A stretch of 64,000 bases of DNA from a virus (lineage: Duplodnaviria; Caudoviricetes): positions 1 through 64,000 of the IMG/VR virus record IMGVR_UViG_3300011767_000002; one strand, given 5' to 3'. A program made the position numbers and the translations under genes. Positions 27,794 to 37,704 of the stretch are shown here, piece by piece (the first letter of the stretch is position 1; each line of letters starts with the position of its first letter). The notes below the pieces were generated by a model. The model was not told the origin of the DNA. It saw only the letters and a program-made list of their open reading frames with translations, and did no database searches.

Positions 27794-28495
27794 TTATTCG
27801 ACCAGTTCCAGTACCGGGCGCCAGCCCATCGATGACGATGCCGAGTTACTAAGTTGCTCACCGGCGTACGATATCGACGCACGATCCCCCCGAAACACGA
27901 TATAGCCACCGCCAGGAACTATTTGCTCTTGGCACCAGCTCCGACGACCAAGGTCATCATAACCCACACCCAGCTCGGTGTCTCTGAACTGAGCAAAGTC
28001 ACCTGCCTCAATCCCTTCCGACGTCAGAACACCGCGGCCAGCGACATGGTACATCAATCGGTTCCACTCAGAGCCATGGGTTATGGCAGTATCATTCCCC
28101 GTGGAGAACGACCTAGCATTTGGCCCAATGCCCTTCATGTTTCGGATTAAAAATTGGTTTTCGCCAAGGAGATGTATCTCGCCGTATCGCAGGTCATGGT
28201 TCATGAGCCTATCGTTACTTACGCTATGTCGGATAGGTCGCTTAGCCACTAGAAGTCGCTTGCCGTCTAATGCAAACCCCAACCACCCGGCAGTGGAGTT
28301 AATCTGGGTTCCAGAGCCCTGACCAGTCAGTCCGACCATCGCAGCCAGGGTTTCACCGCTGATCACTTCATTTGCACTAAACTCACCATAGTAACCATGG
28401 GACATGTCGCCTTTCAGCAATTTCTTCCCGAGTAGCAAGGGATGTAGATTTAATTTACGTCGCTTTTCAGATGCTGCTATGATCAATGGATTCAT
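27794..28495 (-). CDS. Virion protein of probable C-type-lectin/FGE-like fold
   Basis: GSEWNRLMY, SWCQE, RG and terminal GWRPVLEL motifs; visibly more AT-rich than its neighbours. Confidence 0.6.
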   Translation of the reverse strand: MNPLIIAASEKRRKLNLHPLLLGKKLLKGDMSHGYYGEFSANEVISGETLAAMVGLTGQGSGTQINSTAGWLGFALDGKRLLVAKRPIRHSVSNDRLMNHDLRYGEIHLLGENQFLIRNMKGIGPNARSFSTGNDTAITHGSEWNRLMYHVAGRGVLTSEGIEAGDFAQFRDTELGVGYDDLGRRSWCQEQIVPGGGYIVFRGDRASISYAGEQLSNSASSSMGWRPVLELVE

Positions 28496-28554
28496 GGTCT
28501 ACCTCGTCGCGTAAATAGTCCGGAGGAGTTAACTAACTCCTCCGATATGTCGTG

Positions 28555-29910
28555 TCAGAGTTGTGGTTCACCGTCGGCGATTGCATCGCCTAGCGACGCA
28601 TCGTTGTACGAATACTTACTGGTCACGATCAGCTGGAACCGATCCAGGGTATACGTGAGGTACAATACCCCGTCACGCACCAGGCGAGAGAACTTCACCG
28701 GCACCGACGAATCAGGGGTCATGCTCTCGGCCACCGCCAACATCTCAGCCAAGGTGGTCACCAGTCGGCGGGTTTCAGGTCCCATCCGACCAAAGTCCGT
28801 GCTGAGCGAATCGACGTTAATGTAGTCGCTGTACCGCTGCACAAACGAGGTGATGCCGTCACGATTGTGAGGACCACCCGTCACCATCACGGTGATGGCT
28901 TTGTGACTCGCCCCAAAGACCTCAGCATTGGCGGTCAGGTAGATGTCGGTGTAACCATCGCCTTTGACCAGCCGTTTGAGGTGCTCGATGCCTGCCAGGA
29001 CATTGGTGACCGAACTGTACAGCCCGGCTTCGAGTTCACGATTGGTGACAGAATAGTTTCCCCAGAGCGGGACGAAGACAAATTCGGTGGAAGTGAAGAT
29101 CTCCGGGAAGATCTCGGCCCACTCGTCCTTGCTCCGCGGGCTGTTACTCAGGATGTAATCGCGCAGTGCCTCTTTGATCGCATCGACGTTACGCCCAGCA
29201 ATGCCGTAGATAACTGGGGTCCAGTACGTCGGTTGCCGAAGGCTGAGGTCGGTTGGGTCAACCGGGTCGAACCACTCGTACATCTCACCGCTGATGAAGG
29301 TCTCAGGGTAGCCGTCTTTGGCTTCCTGGACTTTCTCCATGGTCAGGTTGTGCGTCTGGCGACCAAGCGCTGCCTTGACCATGGACGCGCCGAGGAAGAA
29401 CACTTCCAGGTCATCGACCGGTGGCACGATTTCGATCTGGTACTCATCGTACTGCTGCTCGAAGACCTCCGTGGCGTACCAGAGTTTATACTGCAGAGAA
29501 TCGTCGGCGACTGCCCGGATCTCAATGACCCCCGGCATCCATACGTTGGGCTGAGCTTCTACCATGGCCCCAGTGGCCCAAATCGAATACTGCTCACTCC
29601 ACTGTTGGACAAAGGCCACGCGGAAGGATTCGATGCTTGGACTGAACACCCCTGCCAGAGCCTGTTCATAAATCCATTTGTTCACCAGCAACAGTTCGCG
29701 TGCCAAGACGGGGTCAGTCTGCTCGACCGAACCGTCACGTGCACTTGAGAATACCACCAGCGTATGGCCCGGTGCGGCCGCTGAATTGAGGTACTCTTTC
29801 TCACGGGCATAGGTGATAGCGCGGGGCGATAATTCCCCTACCGGAGCCACCACCGTGCGCGTATTGTCAATCAATGCACCGATCAGGCCAAACGCCTTCA
29901 GTTTATACAT
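28555..29910 (-). CDS. Conserved virion structural protein (phiKZ gp157-like)
   Basis: 451 aa; conserved-looking W..IFP.IF...EF.FVP.W block; synteny with RNase H. Confidence 0.65.
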   Translation of the reverse strand: MYKLKAFGLIGALIDNTRTVVAPVGELSPRAITYAREKEYLNSAAAPGHTLVVFSSARDGSVEQTDPVLARELLLVNKWIYEQALAGVFSPSIESFRVAFVQQWSEQYSIWATGAMVEAQPNVWMPGVIEIRAVADDSLQYKLWYATEVFEQQYDEYQIEIVPPVDDLEVFFLGASMVKAALGRQTHNLTMEKVQEAKDGYPETFISGEMYEWFDPVDPTDLSLRQPTYWTPVIYGIAGRNVDAIKEALRDYILSNSPRSKDEWAEIFPEIFTSTEFVFVPLWGNYSVTNRELEAGLYSSVTNVLAGIEHLKRLVKGDGYTDIYLTANAEVFGASHKAITVMVTGGPHNRDGITSFVQRYSDYINVDSLSTDFGRMGPETRRLVTTLAEMLAVAESMTPDSSVPVKFSRLVRDGVLYLTYTLDRFQLIVTSKYSYNDASLGDAIADGEPQL

Positions 29911-29991
29911 GTCGTTCTCCGGGCTGATAGCCGCGTACTCTATGACAGTCGTTAAAAATAACGTTTATACGTCCATACCATTTTAGGGAAT

Positions 29992-30450
29992 ATGATGTAC
30001 TTTATCACTCTGTTCAAGTTGCTCAAAGCGCTTGGCCTGTTCCTTCGGGAAATCTGGCTGCGTGATCGCACCTTCAGACAGTTTGTACGCCAGAACCTTC
30101 CGCTGATCGTGACCACCGTGGGCTTTATCTCGATGACCATCCTGTTCATTCACGTGTTCAGCATCGTCAAAGAGCAAGAGTACATGCTAGGCCGCTATGA
30201 GCGACAGCAAGCTCGGCTACAAAAGGAACTGGATACGCAGATCCCGTTGCTCACAGAAAGGGCTGACCTTTACCAAGAGCGGTACCAGGCCCTCAAGGAT
30301 TCCCTTGAGCTGGTCCCACCGCCACCACAAGTGGCCGCCGTCCAACCGGCACCTTCACGCCCACGTCCACGCCCACCGGTGGAAAAACCCATCACAACCA
30401 GAGCCCCATCAGACGAGATCGTCCAGCGCTGGAAGCGACTCAGTCAATAA
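29992..30450 (+). CDS. Inner-membrane protein, i-spanin candidate
   Basis: Single TM, then coiled-coil and Pro-rich C-terminal region. Confidence 0.55.
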   Translation: MMYFITLFKLLKALGLFLREIWLRDRTFRQFVRQNLPLIVTTVGFISMTILFIHVFSIVKEQEYMLGRYERQQARLQKELDTQIPLLTERADLYQERYQALKDSLELVPPPPQVAAVQPAPSRPRPRPPVEKPITTRAPSDEIVQRWKRLSQ

Positions 30451-30460
30451 GGAATACCAC

Positions 30461-30823
30461 ATGCAATACAGACGTATTATCAGGGACCTCAGGCCGGCTT
30501 CCTTGTTCTGGCTGGTCGTTTCGCTGGGATCGTGTGCGTATACCCAGACCGTGAACAATTACTCCAATGTAACGGCCTCGACCCAGTACCAATGGGCAGT
30601 GACCCCGGTAGACGACGAATGCCACCACTTTACCCGCATGGTGCGGATGGGCCACAGTCGCCCAACACTACCACCCATTGACCCCCGGACCTTGACGGAG
30701 CGTGAAGTCAGCGACCTCATTTTCACGTACGCCGAACGGCTTAAAGTCTACCTGGACAATGAAGAAGCGTTTCTGGCAGAAGACATTGCTCGGCACACGT
30801 ACAAGTGTGTCCCAAAGCAGTAA
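30461..30823 (+). CDS. Lipoprotein, o-spanin candidate
   Basis: Start MQYRR (aagga RBS); basic N-terminus, hydrophobic core, lipobox LGS-C; Pro-rich mature part. Confidence 0.6.
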   Translation: MQYRRIIRDLRPASLFWLVVSLGSCAYTQTVNNYSNVTASTQYQWAVTPVDDECHHFTRMVRMGHSRPTLPPIDPRTLTEREVSDLIFTYAERLKVYLDNEEAFLAEDIARHTYKCVPKQ

Positions 30824-30852
30824 TGTTTTTCAAAAAGGATTTAGGATATCAC

Positions 30853-32391
30853 ATGAGCATGGCCGAAATGCCAATTATGTCTGTCGAAGGTGTAGTAATG
30901 ACGGAAATCAAGGAGCAGCCTGCAACTGTCGGATACAACGGAATTCTGTATTCGGACGGCGGGTTCTACAACAGTGACAAGGCTGGCGGCTGGGGAGTCC
31001 ACGGGTACATCTACTCGGCGGATAGCTTGCCAACCAAAGGAAGCGGTGCACCTAAGGCTACGCCAACGGCCAAAGGCTACACCGATTCCAAGGATGAGAC
31101 TCAAGCAGTCAACATCCTCAATTACATTGATGCCTTTGGTGGGGTGCCAAAGGCCACGAGCAACAACCACACCGAGTTGATTGCCACCAAGGAAGCGCTT
31201 ACCTACGCGCTGGAGAAAGGATTAAGCCACACCCTGATTTATTCCGATTCGCAGTACGTGGTCGAGGGCGTCAACAAGTACCTGGACCGTTGGAAGCAGA
31301 CGGGTTGGCGTAACCGCAATGGCGATGACGTTGCCAATAAAGAAGATTGGCTTGCCGTCGATGCGTTGTTGAAGAAATTCAAAGAAACCGACAACGCGGT
31401 GACGCTGGCTTGGATCAAAGGACATAACGGCCATACCGGAAACGAGATGGCTGACCAATGGGCCGGTAAAGGAAACTGCATCGGCATGAACGGGTATGAC
31501 CTTCGCTACACCCTAGAACAACCTCCAGAAGGATATTGGAAGTCGATCAACAACCACAACCGCATGCTCGATCAACCCAAGTGGTATTTCAGTTCGGACG
31601 CCGCTGAGCGTAGGACCAGTGCCTGCGGTCGGCACATTTACTGGACGGGGCAACACGGTGATGACGACGATGTCGCCAAGCCACAGTCCGATTCGAGTAA
31701 CGCTGTCCTGTATCTCAAGGAGGAGATCGCGGTCCTGGAAAAGGTCCGTCAGCATTACATTGCAGAAGACACTCATCAGGTGGGGCATCTGTTCGTAGGC
31801 GCCCTGCGTAACCTGTTCAACGCCACGGTCTCCGTCGACATCCTGCGGTTCGGCATGTCGGTGTTTCGCCGCAACAAGGCTAACATGAGCCTGGCCACGG
31901 AGAAGAAGGTCCCGGTTGTTCACCACGTCACGCCGACAGGGCTATCGTACTACAACGTCGATAACCTGGAGAACATGACCACCATCCTCAATCAGTTTAT
32001 GGCTGGGGACAAATCGGTACTGGTGACCGAGTTGACCGACCTACTATATGAAGCCGTGGAGAAGAAAGCCGTCGTGACCCGCAAACTTCGCAAAGAGATC
32101 ACCAGCGCGGTGAAGCATCTCGATGTGAACGTAGGTTATAACACGGGGTTTGCTCGCGAGCTGAGGGCGATGGAAGAAGTTCCGGTTAAGCAGGCCAAGG
32201 TCCGCTTTATCGTAGGTTCTGACATCATTGGTCGGAATGCGCTGTCGGCACTCGCAGATACCGTTGTGCGAGTGGTGGCCCTGACCTGGCGGGAGTCGGA
32301 CACGGTGATTCGGTATGCAACCGTCATCGAAACGACTGACGACATTGGGATCTGGGCTAACCCGTTCAGCAATTTCAAACTGGTTAAATAA
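30853..32391 (+). CDS. rnhA: RNase HI with long C-terminal extension (phiKZ gp155-like)
   Basis: YSDGG, NNHTELIA, YSDSQYV, WIKGHNGHTGNEMADQWA catalytic motifs. Confidence 0.9.
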   Translation: MSMAEMPIMSVEGVVMTEIKEQPATVGYNGILYSDGGFYNSDKAGGWGVHGYIYSADSLPTKGSGAPKATPTAKGYTDSKDETQAVNILNYIDAFGGVPKATSNNHTELIATKEALTYALEKGLSHTLIYSDSQYVVEGVNKYLDRWKQTGWRNRNGDDVANKEDWLAVDALLKKFKETDNAVTLAWIKGHNGHTGNEMADQWAGKGNCIGMNGYDLRYTLEQPPEGYWKSINNHNRMLDQPKWYFSSDAAERRTSACGRHIYWTGQHGDDDDVAKPQSDSSNAVLYLKEEIAVLEKVRQHYIAEDTHQVGHLFVGALRNLFNATVSVDILRFGMSVFRRNKANMSLATEKKVPVVHHVTPTGLSYYNVDNLENMTTILNQFMAGDKSVLVTELTDLLYEAVEKKAVVTRKLRKEITSAVKHLDVNVGYNTGFARELRAMEEVPVKQAKVRFIVGSDIIGRNALSALADTVVRVVALTWRESDTVIRYATVIETTDDIGIWANPFSNFKLVK

Positions 32392-32401
32392 CGGATTAGA
32401 C

Positions 32402-32782
32402 ATGTACCGATCTGTTGCGATAAATCAATCACACGGATTTTGGCCGACCTTGAAACGCACTTTGTTCATGGCCAGTCTATATTTCCGTTTGATCCGTAAC
32501 TACAACCCCAACGATTCGCTGCTGGATGAAGTCAATAAGCTGTTCTACCTGGTGAACAACCCGCAGTCACTGTCCTTCCCTGCCATGGTCTGCCGAACGC
32601 TCTGGAAAGAGAAGACGGTTGATGAGGTGGTGACTCATTGTGATGCAGGTGAGTTCAAGCAGGCGGTGGAGCTGGTGTACGGCACCATGCCTCGATGGTT
32701 GAGGTATCTGGATCGTGAAACCATGTTACGTGATGTAGAAGATGTGCTACGGAATTCGCAGCACCTTGAAAAACTGGTGTGA
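32402..32782 (+). CDS. Hypothetical protein
   Basis: 126 aa from the ATG just after the RNase H stop. Confidence 0.55.
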   Translation: MYRSVAINQSHGFWPTLKRTLFMASLYFRLIRNYNPNDSLLDEVNKLFYLVNNPQSLSFPAMVCRTLWKEKTVDEVVTHCDAGEFKQAVELVYGTMPRWLRYLDRETMLRDVEDVLRNSQHLEKLV

Positions 32783-32787
32783 GCCGG

Positions 32788-32825
32788 CATAGATGGGAGG
32801 GATCACCCCCTCCCATCGACTTATG
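32788..32825. terminator. CATA...TATG hairpin between convergent genes
   Basis: cata-gatgggaggg-atcac-cccctcccatc-gact-tatg. Confidence 0.7.
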
Positions 32826-32833
32826 CGCGAGCC

Positions 32834-33691
32834 TTATTTTTTAAGCTCTTTTACACTGTCCTTAAGCGCCTCGGAGAACTGACGGAGACGGTACAACAAG
32901 GTGCCGTACGACTCCATTTCTTTAGCGATGTTCAAGGTCAGTTCAACCAGTTCTTGGAGGGCGACGTCTACTGTTTCCTGGTTGGAGATACTCTTGTCGG
33001 CGGTCCTGGCTTGGATCGCATCCATCAACGTATCGGCCAAGGTCATGGTCCGGGACACGGCGTCCAGAGACTTCTTCGCCGGATGGGTCTTGTCCAGCAG
33101 CACCGCGTCGTTGACGTTAGCGTGGACCTGACCGATATCGGCCGCGCGGTCAATCACAGCGCCCAGAGCACGATGAATGTGGTTACTGCGAGGGTCGAAG
33201 TAGGTCTTGCCTAGAGTCACCATGGCCTCGGTCAGCCCGAGGGTGGTGGGGCCGGTGTGACCAATTCCGGAGAACGCACCCAGTAGTGAAGGATCGTGGA
33301 TGATGCGACCCAGAGTTTCATTGAAACTGCGCACCATGTATTCCATCTTGGTCGCCTTGACCATGGCGGCGTTCAGTTCAGCACTGTAGGGCAACCACTG
33401 ACCAATGAAACCCTCTGGAACGATGATGGTCTTGTTTGAGGCATCGACAAAGCCCTGACGGGCTACAATACCGTTCATGTCCTGAGGGACCAGCTTGGTC
33501 ACAGCCAATGCCACGAACTGAAGTTTGCCGAAGAACGCCCCAGCATTTTTGAAGAAGGCTTTGACTCGCTGAGGTGAACCGACGGTAAATGCACCACCGG
33601 ACAAGCCTTCCAGTGAGATCACGCGGGCCTGTTGCTCAAGGGATTCCAAGGAGACGTCGTTAAACGTGCCGTAAATATTATCGAACTGCAT
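32834..33691 (-). CDS. Protease-processed head protein (phiKZ gp153-like)
   Basis: N-terminal VSLESLE and ISLE prohead-protease motifs; located between RNase H and UvsX. Confidence 0.7.
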   Translation of the reverse strand: MQFDNIYGTFNDVSLESLEQQARVISLEGLSGGAFTVGSPQRVKAFFKNAGAFFGKLQFVALAVTKLVPQDMNGIVARQGFVDASNKTIIVPEGFIGQWLPYSAELNAAMVKATKMEYMVRSFNETLGRIIHDPSLLGAFSGIGHTGPTTLGLTEAMVTLGKTYFDPRSNHIHRALGAVIDRAADIGQVHANVNDAVLLDKTHPAKKSLDAVSRTMTLADTLMDAIQARTADKSISNQETVDVALQELVELTLNIAKEMESYGTLLYRLRQFSEALKDSVKELKK

Positions 33692-33778
33692 CGAAATGAC
33701 TCCGTGTTAAAAGAAAGTAGTTTTTCATATCGTTTGCCTACAACCGATTCCCCATCTTGAAATGGAACCTGAAGTACC

Positions 33779-35338
33779 ATGTCTAATAGCCCATTTGCCA
33801 AGTTTAAGAAGGCCGCCTCGATTCGCCCTATGTGGAACATCGGTGCCTGTTTTGACATCCAGACCGGCAAGTACTACAAAGGAAAGCATGGGGAGTCGAT
33901 CCTCTGTGGCGGTCTTAACAATTTCACCGGTGTGGCGGGTCTACCCAACATGTTCAAGACGGTGATCTCACTGTTTCAGCTCGGTGCTGTAATGAACCGG
34001 GTTTCGTTGGCCATTATGATGGCGCATGACTCAGAGAATACGCTGTCACCAGGCCGGATCATGAATGTGTTCCGGCAGTTCCCGGAACTCTTTGAGATCG
34101 ATCTGATTGAAGCCGAACGACTGGCCTTTACGGATGCGACGACCTACACCGGGAACGAATGGTGGAACGTCATGCGCGAATACGCTGAAGACCGCCGCAA
34201 GGACAAGTCCATCCAGATCACTACACCGTTCGTCGATGAGGTGACCAAGGAACTGATCAAGATACCCAGTCCGACCTTGGCGTTCCTGGATTCCTTGTCC
34301 GGCCTTCAGACCGAAGGCGTGATGAACATGTACGAAAAGGGCGATGTGGGGTCGAAGGATCTGAACATGGTGGCCATGAAAGGCGCCGGTGCTAAAAGCC
34401 AGCTGGTCGATCAGGTGACGTCTGTCACGGGCGGTTCGGGTCTGCACATCCTGATGACCGCACACGTGGGTCAGGAATACCAGCTCGATATGTACAAGCC
34501 GAACGTCAAGCGGTTGAAGTTCCTTAAAGGTGACCTCAAACTCAAGAAGGTCCCGGAGAACTTCAGCTTCCTGACAGCCAACTGCTGGTACTGTGTCTCC
34601 CTGGTGCCCTTGCTCGACGCGGACAAGCTGCCTGAGTTCCCACGCGACGAAGAAGACGACCTTAAGGGCGACACTGACCTGATCTGCATCACCTTGGTCA
34701 ACTTGCGAGGCAAGTCGGGTCCGTCGGGCATTCCGTTTGAAGTGGTGGTGTCTCAGTCTGAAGGCCTTAAGCCTGAACTGACCGAGTTCACCTACTGCAA
34801 GGGGTATGACTACTTCGGTATCAGTGACAAGGACGGTAACAAGGCCAAAGGCAAACCCAACTTCCGCCTGGACCTGTACCCATCCCAGAACCTGACCCGT
34901 AAGACAGTCCGCCGCCTGTTGGAGACCGAGGCTCGTCTACAACGCGCCATGAACATCACCTCTGAAATGTGCATGATGCGCAACCTGTGGCACGACCTGC
35001 CAGATGGCCTGCTGTGCACCCCAAAGGAACTCTACGACGACCTGATCGCCGCTGGATACGACTGGGACCTGCTGCTCGACACCCGTGGTTTCTGGTTGCC
35101 GTTGGAGGAGAAAGGCACTTACGCCGACATCCCCTTCCTGTCGACCATGGACCTGCTCAACATGCGAGCCGGTACCTACCGTCCTTACTGGTACGATCAA
35201 GCTGTCAAAGCCAAGGCTGTGACCACTGCAGCCATTGTGGCACGCGGCGGCAAGGCAGAGGATGCATCAGCCAAACCGACCACGGCGCAAGAACTGCTGC
35301 TGAAGATCAAAGACCGTCAGGCGGAGAAAGCGGTCTAA
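33779..35338 (+). CDS. uvsX: UvsX/RecA-like recombinase (phiKZ gp152-like)
   Basis: Variant Walker A GLPNMFKT, DSE, Walker B AFLDSLS, ILMTAHV. Confidence 0.8.
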   Translation: MSNSPFAKFKKAASIRPMWNIGACFDIQTGKYYKGKHGESILCGGLNNFTGVAGLPNMFKTVISLFQLGAVMNRVSLAIMMAHDSENTLSPGRIMNVFRQFPELFEIDLIEAERLAFTDATTYTGNEWWNVMREYAEDRRKDKSIQITTPFVDEVTKELIKIPSPTLAFLDSLSGLQTEGVMNMYEKGDVGSKDLNMVAMKGAGAKSQLVDQVTSVTGGSGLHILMTAHVGQEYQLDMYKPNVKRLKFLKGDLKLKKVPENFSFLTANCWYCVSLVPLLDADKLPEFPRDEEDDLKGDTDLICITLVNLRGKSGPSGIPFEVVVSQSEGLKPELTEFTYCKGYDYFGISDKDGNKAKGKPNFRLDLYPSQNLTRKTVRRLLETEARLQRAMNITSEMCMMRNLWHDLPDGLLCTPKELYDDLIAAGYDWDLLLDTRGFWLPLEEKGTYADIPFLSTMDLLNMRAGTYRPYWYDQAVKAKAVTTAAIVARGGKAEDASAKPTTAQELLLKIKDRQAEKAV

Positions 35339-35403
35339 TTATCTGAGGCCAATGTGCAACCTGTGCGTTGGCCTCATTCCCTATTAATTCGGAGAGACCC
35401 ATC

Positions 35404-35688
35404 ATGACGCAACAAGTCGTCTCTGCCGTAGTCGATCTACTGGCAGTTAAAAACCCCCACGCTGCGACACGGTTTGCCCGTGACTTTCGCTGCGAGGCTC
35501 TGAGCGAAAGCGACGAGATCCGTCAACTGAACCGCTTCTGGCGTGAACAGCTCGCCGCGCTGCACACCTCGACCATCTCGGCCCGTACGTGCTTGGTGGA
35601 CGACATTGCCCCGCGCGATTGGCTGCGTCATTTCCAGCAGTTGGTCCTGCCAACCATCGTTTCGTTCGACCTTCCGGTCAAGCACTGA
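35404..35688 (+). CDS. Hypothetical protein
   Basis: 94 aa from an ATG with ggaga RBS. Confidence 0.55.
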   Translation: MTQQVVSAVVDLLAVKNPHAATRFARDFRCEALSESDEIRQLNRFWREQLAALHTSTISARTCLVDDIAPRDWLRHFQQLVLPTIVSFDLPVKH

Positions 35689-35699
35689 GGGACATCCGT

Positions 35700-36401
35700 A
35701 TGACCAGTCGTCAAGAGGTCACCGCTTTCATTGTGGATGCCATTGCGGGGATTATTCCGGGTGACACCTATAACGCCGAGTTGACCAAGCAGCGTCTGGA
35801 CGCTATGTCGGATACCGAGTTTGACGAGTACCTGCGTGCACTCGCTAAGCCTGAATCGGAAGACGCCCGTGCCACTCAAGAGATTTTGCCGTTTTACTCG
35901 CCTAACCTGAAAGACCCTCGCATCACCATGGAGAGTCTGATGGCTGTGGCTGAGCGGATCGGCCATCCATTCTTCGAGCAGCTGTGGCTGACCGATCCTC
36001 AAACGGGTGACACCTTCCTCACCCCGCAGAAGTACCTGGTGCTGGACATGACTGTTCGCCGTCAGGCCCAGATGCTCACCAAGAAGTCTTCGATCCCTGA
36101 GAATGCCCGCCATGTCGATGAGATGTCTGGCCAGGTGACTGGCAAGTCCAAGGGCTCTAAGATCTCGTTCCCAGAACTGCAAGCGCAGTTGGCCCAAGGA
36201 CTTGAAATGACCTTGATTGAAGAGACCAAGGTGCGTGGCGGTGACCGGTTGGCACAGGTCGAATTCGACCGCCAACTGATCGAGCACGGCGAAGCCAGCC
36301 TCGAAGAAGTTACCGAAGGCGGGGGCGTGACCAACTCTACATCGACTGTGGCGATTCTGTACCGCGGTGCGATGATCGATAACAACCTGGACGAGGTATA
36401 A
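35700..36401 (+). CDS. rpoB: Virion RNA polymerase beta, C-terminal split subunit (phiKZ gp149-like)
   Basis: VDEMSGQVTGKSKGSKISFPELQAQLAQGLEMTLIEETKVRGGD aligns by eye to the bacterial beta C-terminus QQPLGGKAQFGGQRFGEME..LQEMLTVKSDD. Confidence 0.8.
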   Translation: MTSRQEVTAFIVDAIAGIIPGDTYNAELTKQRLDAMSDTEFDEYLRALAKPESEDARATQEILPFYSPNLKDPRITMESLMAVAERIGHPFFEQLWLTDPQTGDTFLTPQKYLVLDMTVRRQAQMLTKKSSIPENARHVDEMSGQVTGKSKGSKISFPELQAQLAQGLEMTLIEETKVRGGDRLAQVEFDRQLIEHGEASLEEVTEGGGVTNSTSTVAILYRGAMIDNNLDEV

Positions 36402-36405
36402 CAGG

Positions 36406-36894
36406 ATGTCATTTGCTGAAACCGATAAACGGGTTTTAGAAGGACTGACCGCGTCACTCAAAAAGTGGGTGGCGCTGTCGTTCAAAGATCCGGTGAACGA
36501 GGCCCTCAACCTCAGGGCAGTGATCCTCAAAGAAGACCTTCCAGAGCTACGGCGGATTCGTTGGTACACCGTCAAGGATCTGGTTGAAGTTCAGAAGGTC
36601 TGGCTGCGTTACATTGAAAATGAGACGCACGAAGGCGAGATGAAACAGAGTCTGTACGACTTCTACATGAATGGCGCCACTTACCTCTGGTTGCAAAACC
36701 CGACGGCCTCGGCACATTACGAATCATTCATCAGCCACTTGGCCACTACCCTGGCGTGGGCCAAACGGTGTCAGGCCATCCCGGCAGACAGCCGTGAGTA
36801 CATGGGTAATTCAGAAGAGCTAACTGCGCTGTTGAAAAACAACCATTGGCTGGTGTTCATGGTGTTACTGTCAGTGACTGACATCGAACAGTAA
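36406..36894 (+). CDS. Hypothetical protein
   Basis: 162 aa, tightly coupled to the previous gene. Confidence 0.65.
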   Translation: MSFAETDKRVLEGLTASLKKWVALSFKDPVNEALNLRAVILKEDLPELRRIRWYTVKDLVEVQKVWLRYIENETHEGEMKQSLYDFYMNGATYLWLQNPTASAHYESFISHLATTLAWAKRCQAIPADSREYMGNSEELTALLKNNHWLVFMVLLSVTDIEQ

Positions 36895-36930
36895 TCTTTT
36901 TGGCAATACATTATCTTTAGGACTCCGTAC

Positions 36931-37704
36931 ATGTCAACCACCAGTGCCTTCAACCTACTCCTGGACATGGATTGTCTGTTTGATACCCGGATGGGAACCC
37001 TGCTGGACGTGGCACCTGACCTGGCTTCGACGCTCTCCGTTAAGGCGTACCGTCAGCGGCAACTGGATGACTTCACGACAGTGACTGAAGGTAAGGTCAG
37101 CACAGAAGCCTTCCAAGCCCGCTATGCGACCCGTGACCTGGAGATTCTGAAGAAGAGCCTGATCACCGGCATCGTCCCCATCTTGATCACTTATGTCGAA
37201 GGGTTGCAGGAACGTCTCTTTCGTAAGATTGACGTATCCGGCATCAACATCGACTTGAATATTTACCCGTACACGCTGCCTGGTCCGTTACTGGAATCCA
37301 TCCAGAACCACCTGCGGGCGCTGTTCCCACCCTTTGTTGAAATCGGTGTGGGGCGGTATGGGCCGGAACAACTGACCCCGGAATTCTTCGACCTGTATTA
37401 CAACGGGTGGGTGACCTACGACCTCCATGCATGGCTGGCGCAGCACCATGATGCACTGTTGATCAAGCCGCTGAACCAGCTATCGGTCATAATCCCCAAG
37501 CTCTTTACTAAAGAGCCTGGGGAGCATGAGAACACAGAAGATGAAACTTTTAAAGGGGCTGACCGCCACGGGCTGTTCGAAATGGTCATGGAAGATTTCC
37601 TGCACCTCGAACACATCCCTGTGGAGGACTTTTGTTACCTGACCCCTGGCAGTTATCTGCTGCCGGAAGATCAATCTTCGGCTTCGGCATCCGAAGCCCG
37701 CTGA
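36931..37704 (+). CDS. Conserved hypothetical protein with HAD-like DxD motif
   Basis: LLLDMDCLFD near the N-terminus; agga RBS. Confidence 0.6.
   Translation: MSTTSAFNLLLDMDCLFDTRMGTLLDVAPDLASTLSVKAYRQRQLDDFTTVTEGKVSTEAFQARYATRDLEILKKSLITGIVPILITYVEGLQERLFRKIDVSGINIDLNIYPYTLPGPLLESIQNHLRALFPPFVEIGVGRYGPEQLTPEFFDLYYNGWVTYDLHAWLAQHHDALLIKPLNQLSVIIPKLFTKEPGEHENTEDETFKGADRHGLFEMVMEDFLHLEHIPVEDFCYLTPGSYLLPEDQSSASASEAR

Noticed and set aside
30197-30460. N-terminal 88 aa of the 208-aa ORF
   Set aside because: Overlaps the i-spanin candidate; the ATG at 30461 has an RBS and yields a proper signal peptide
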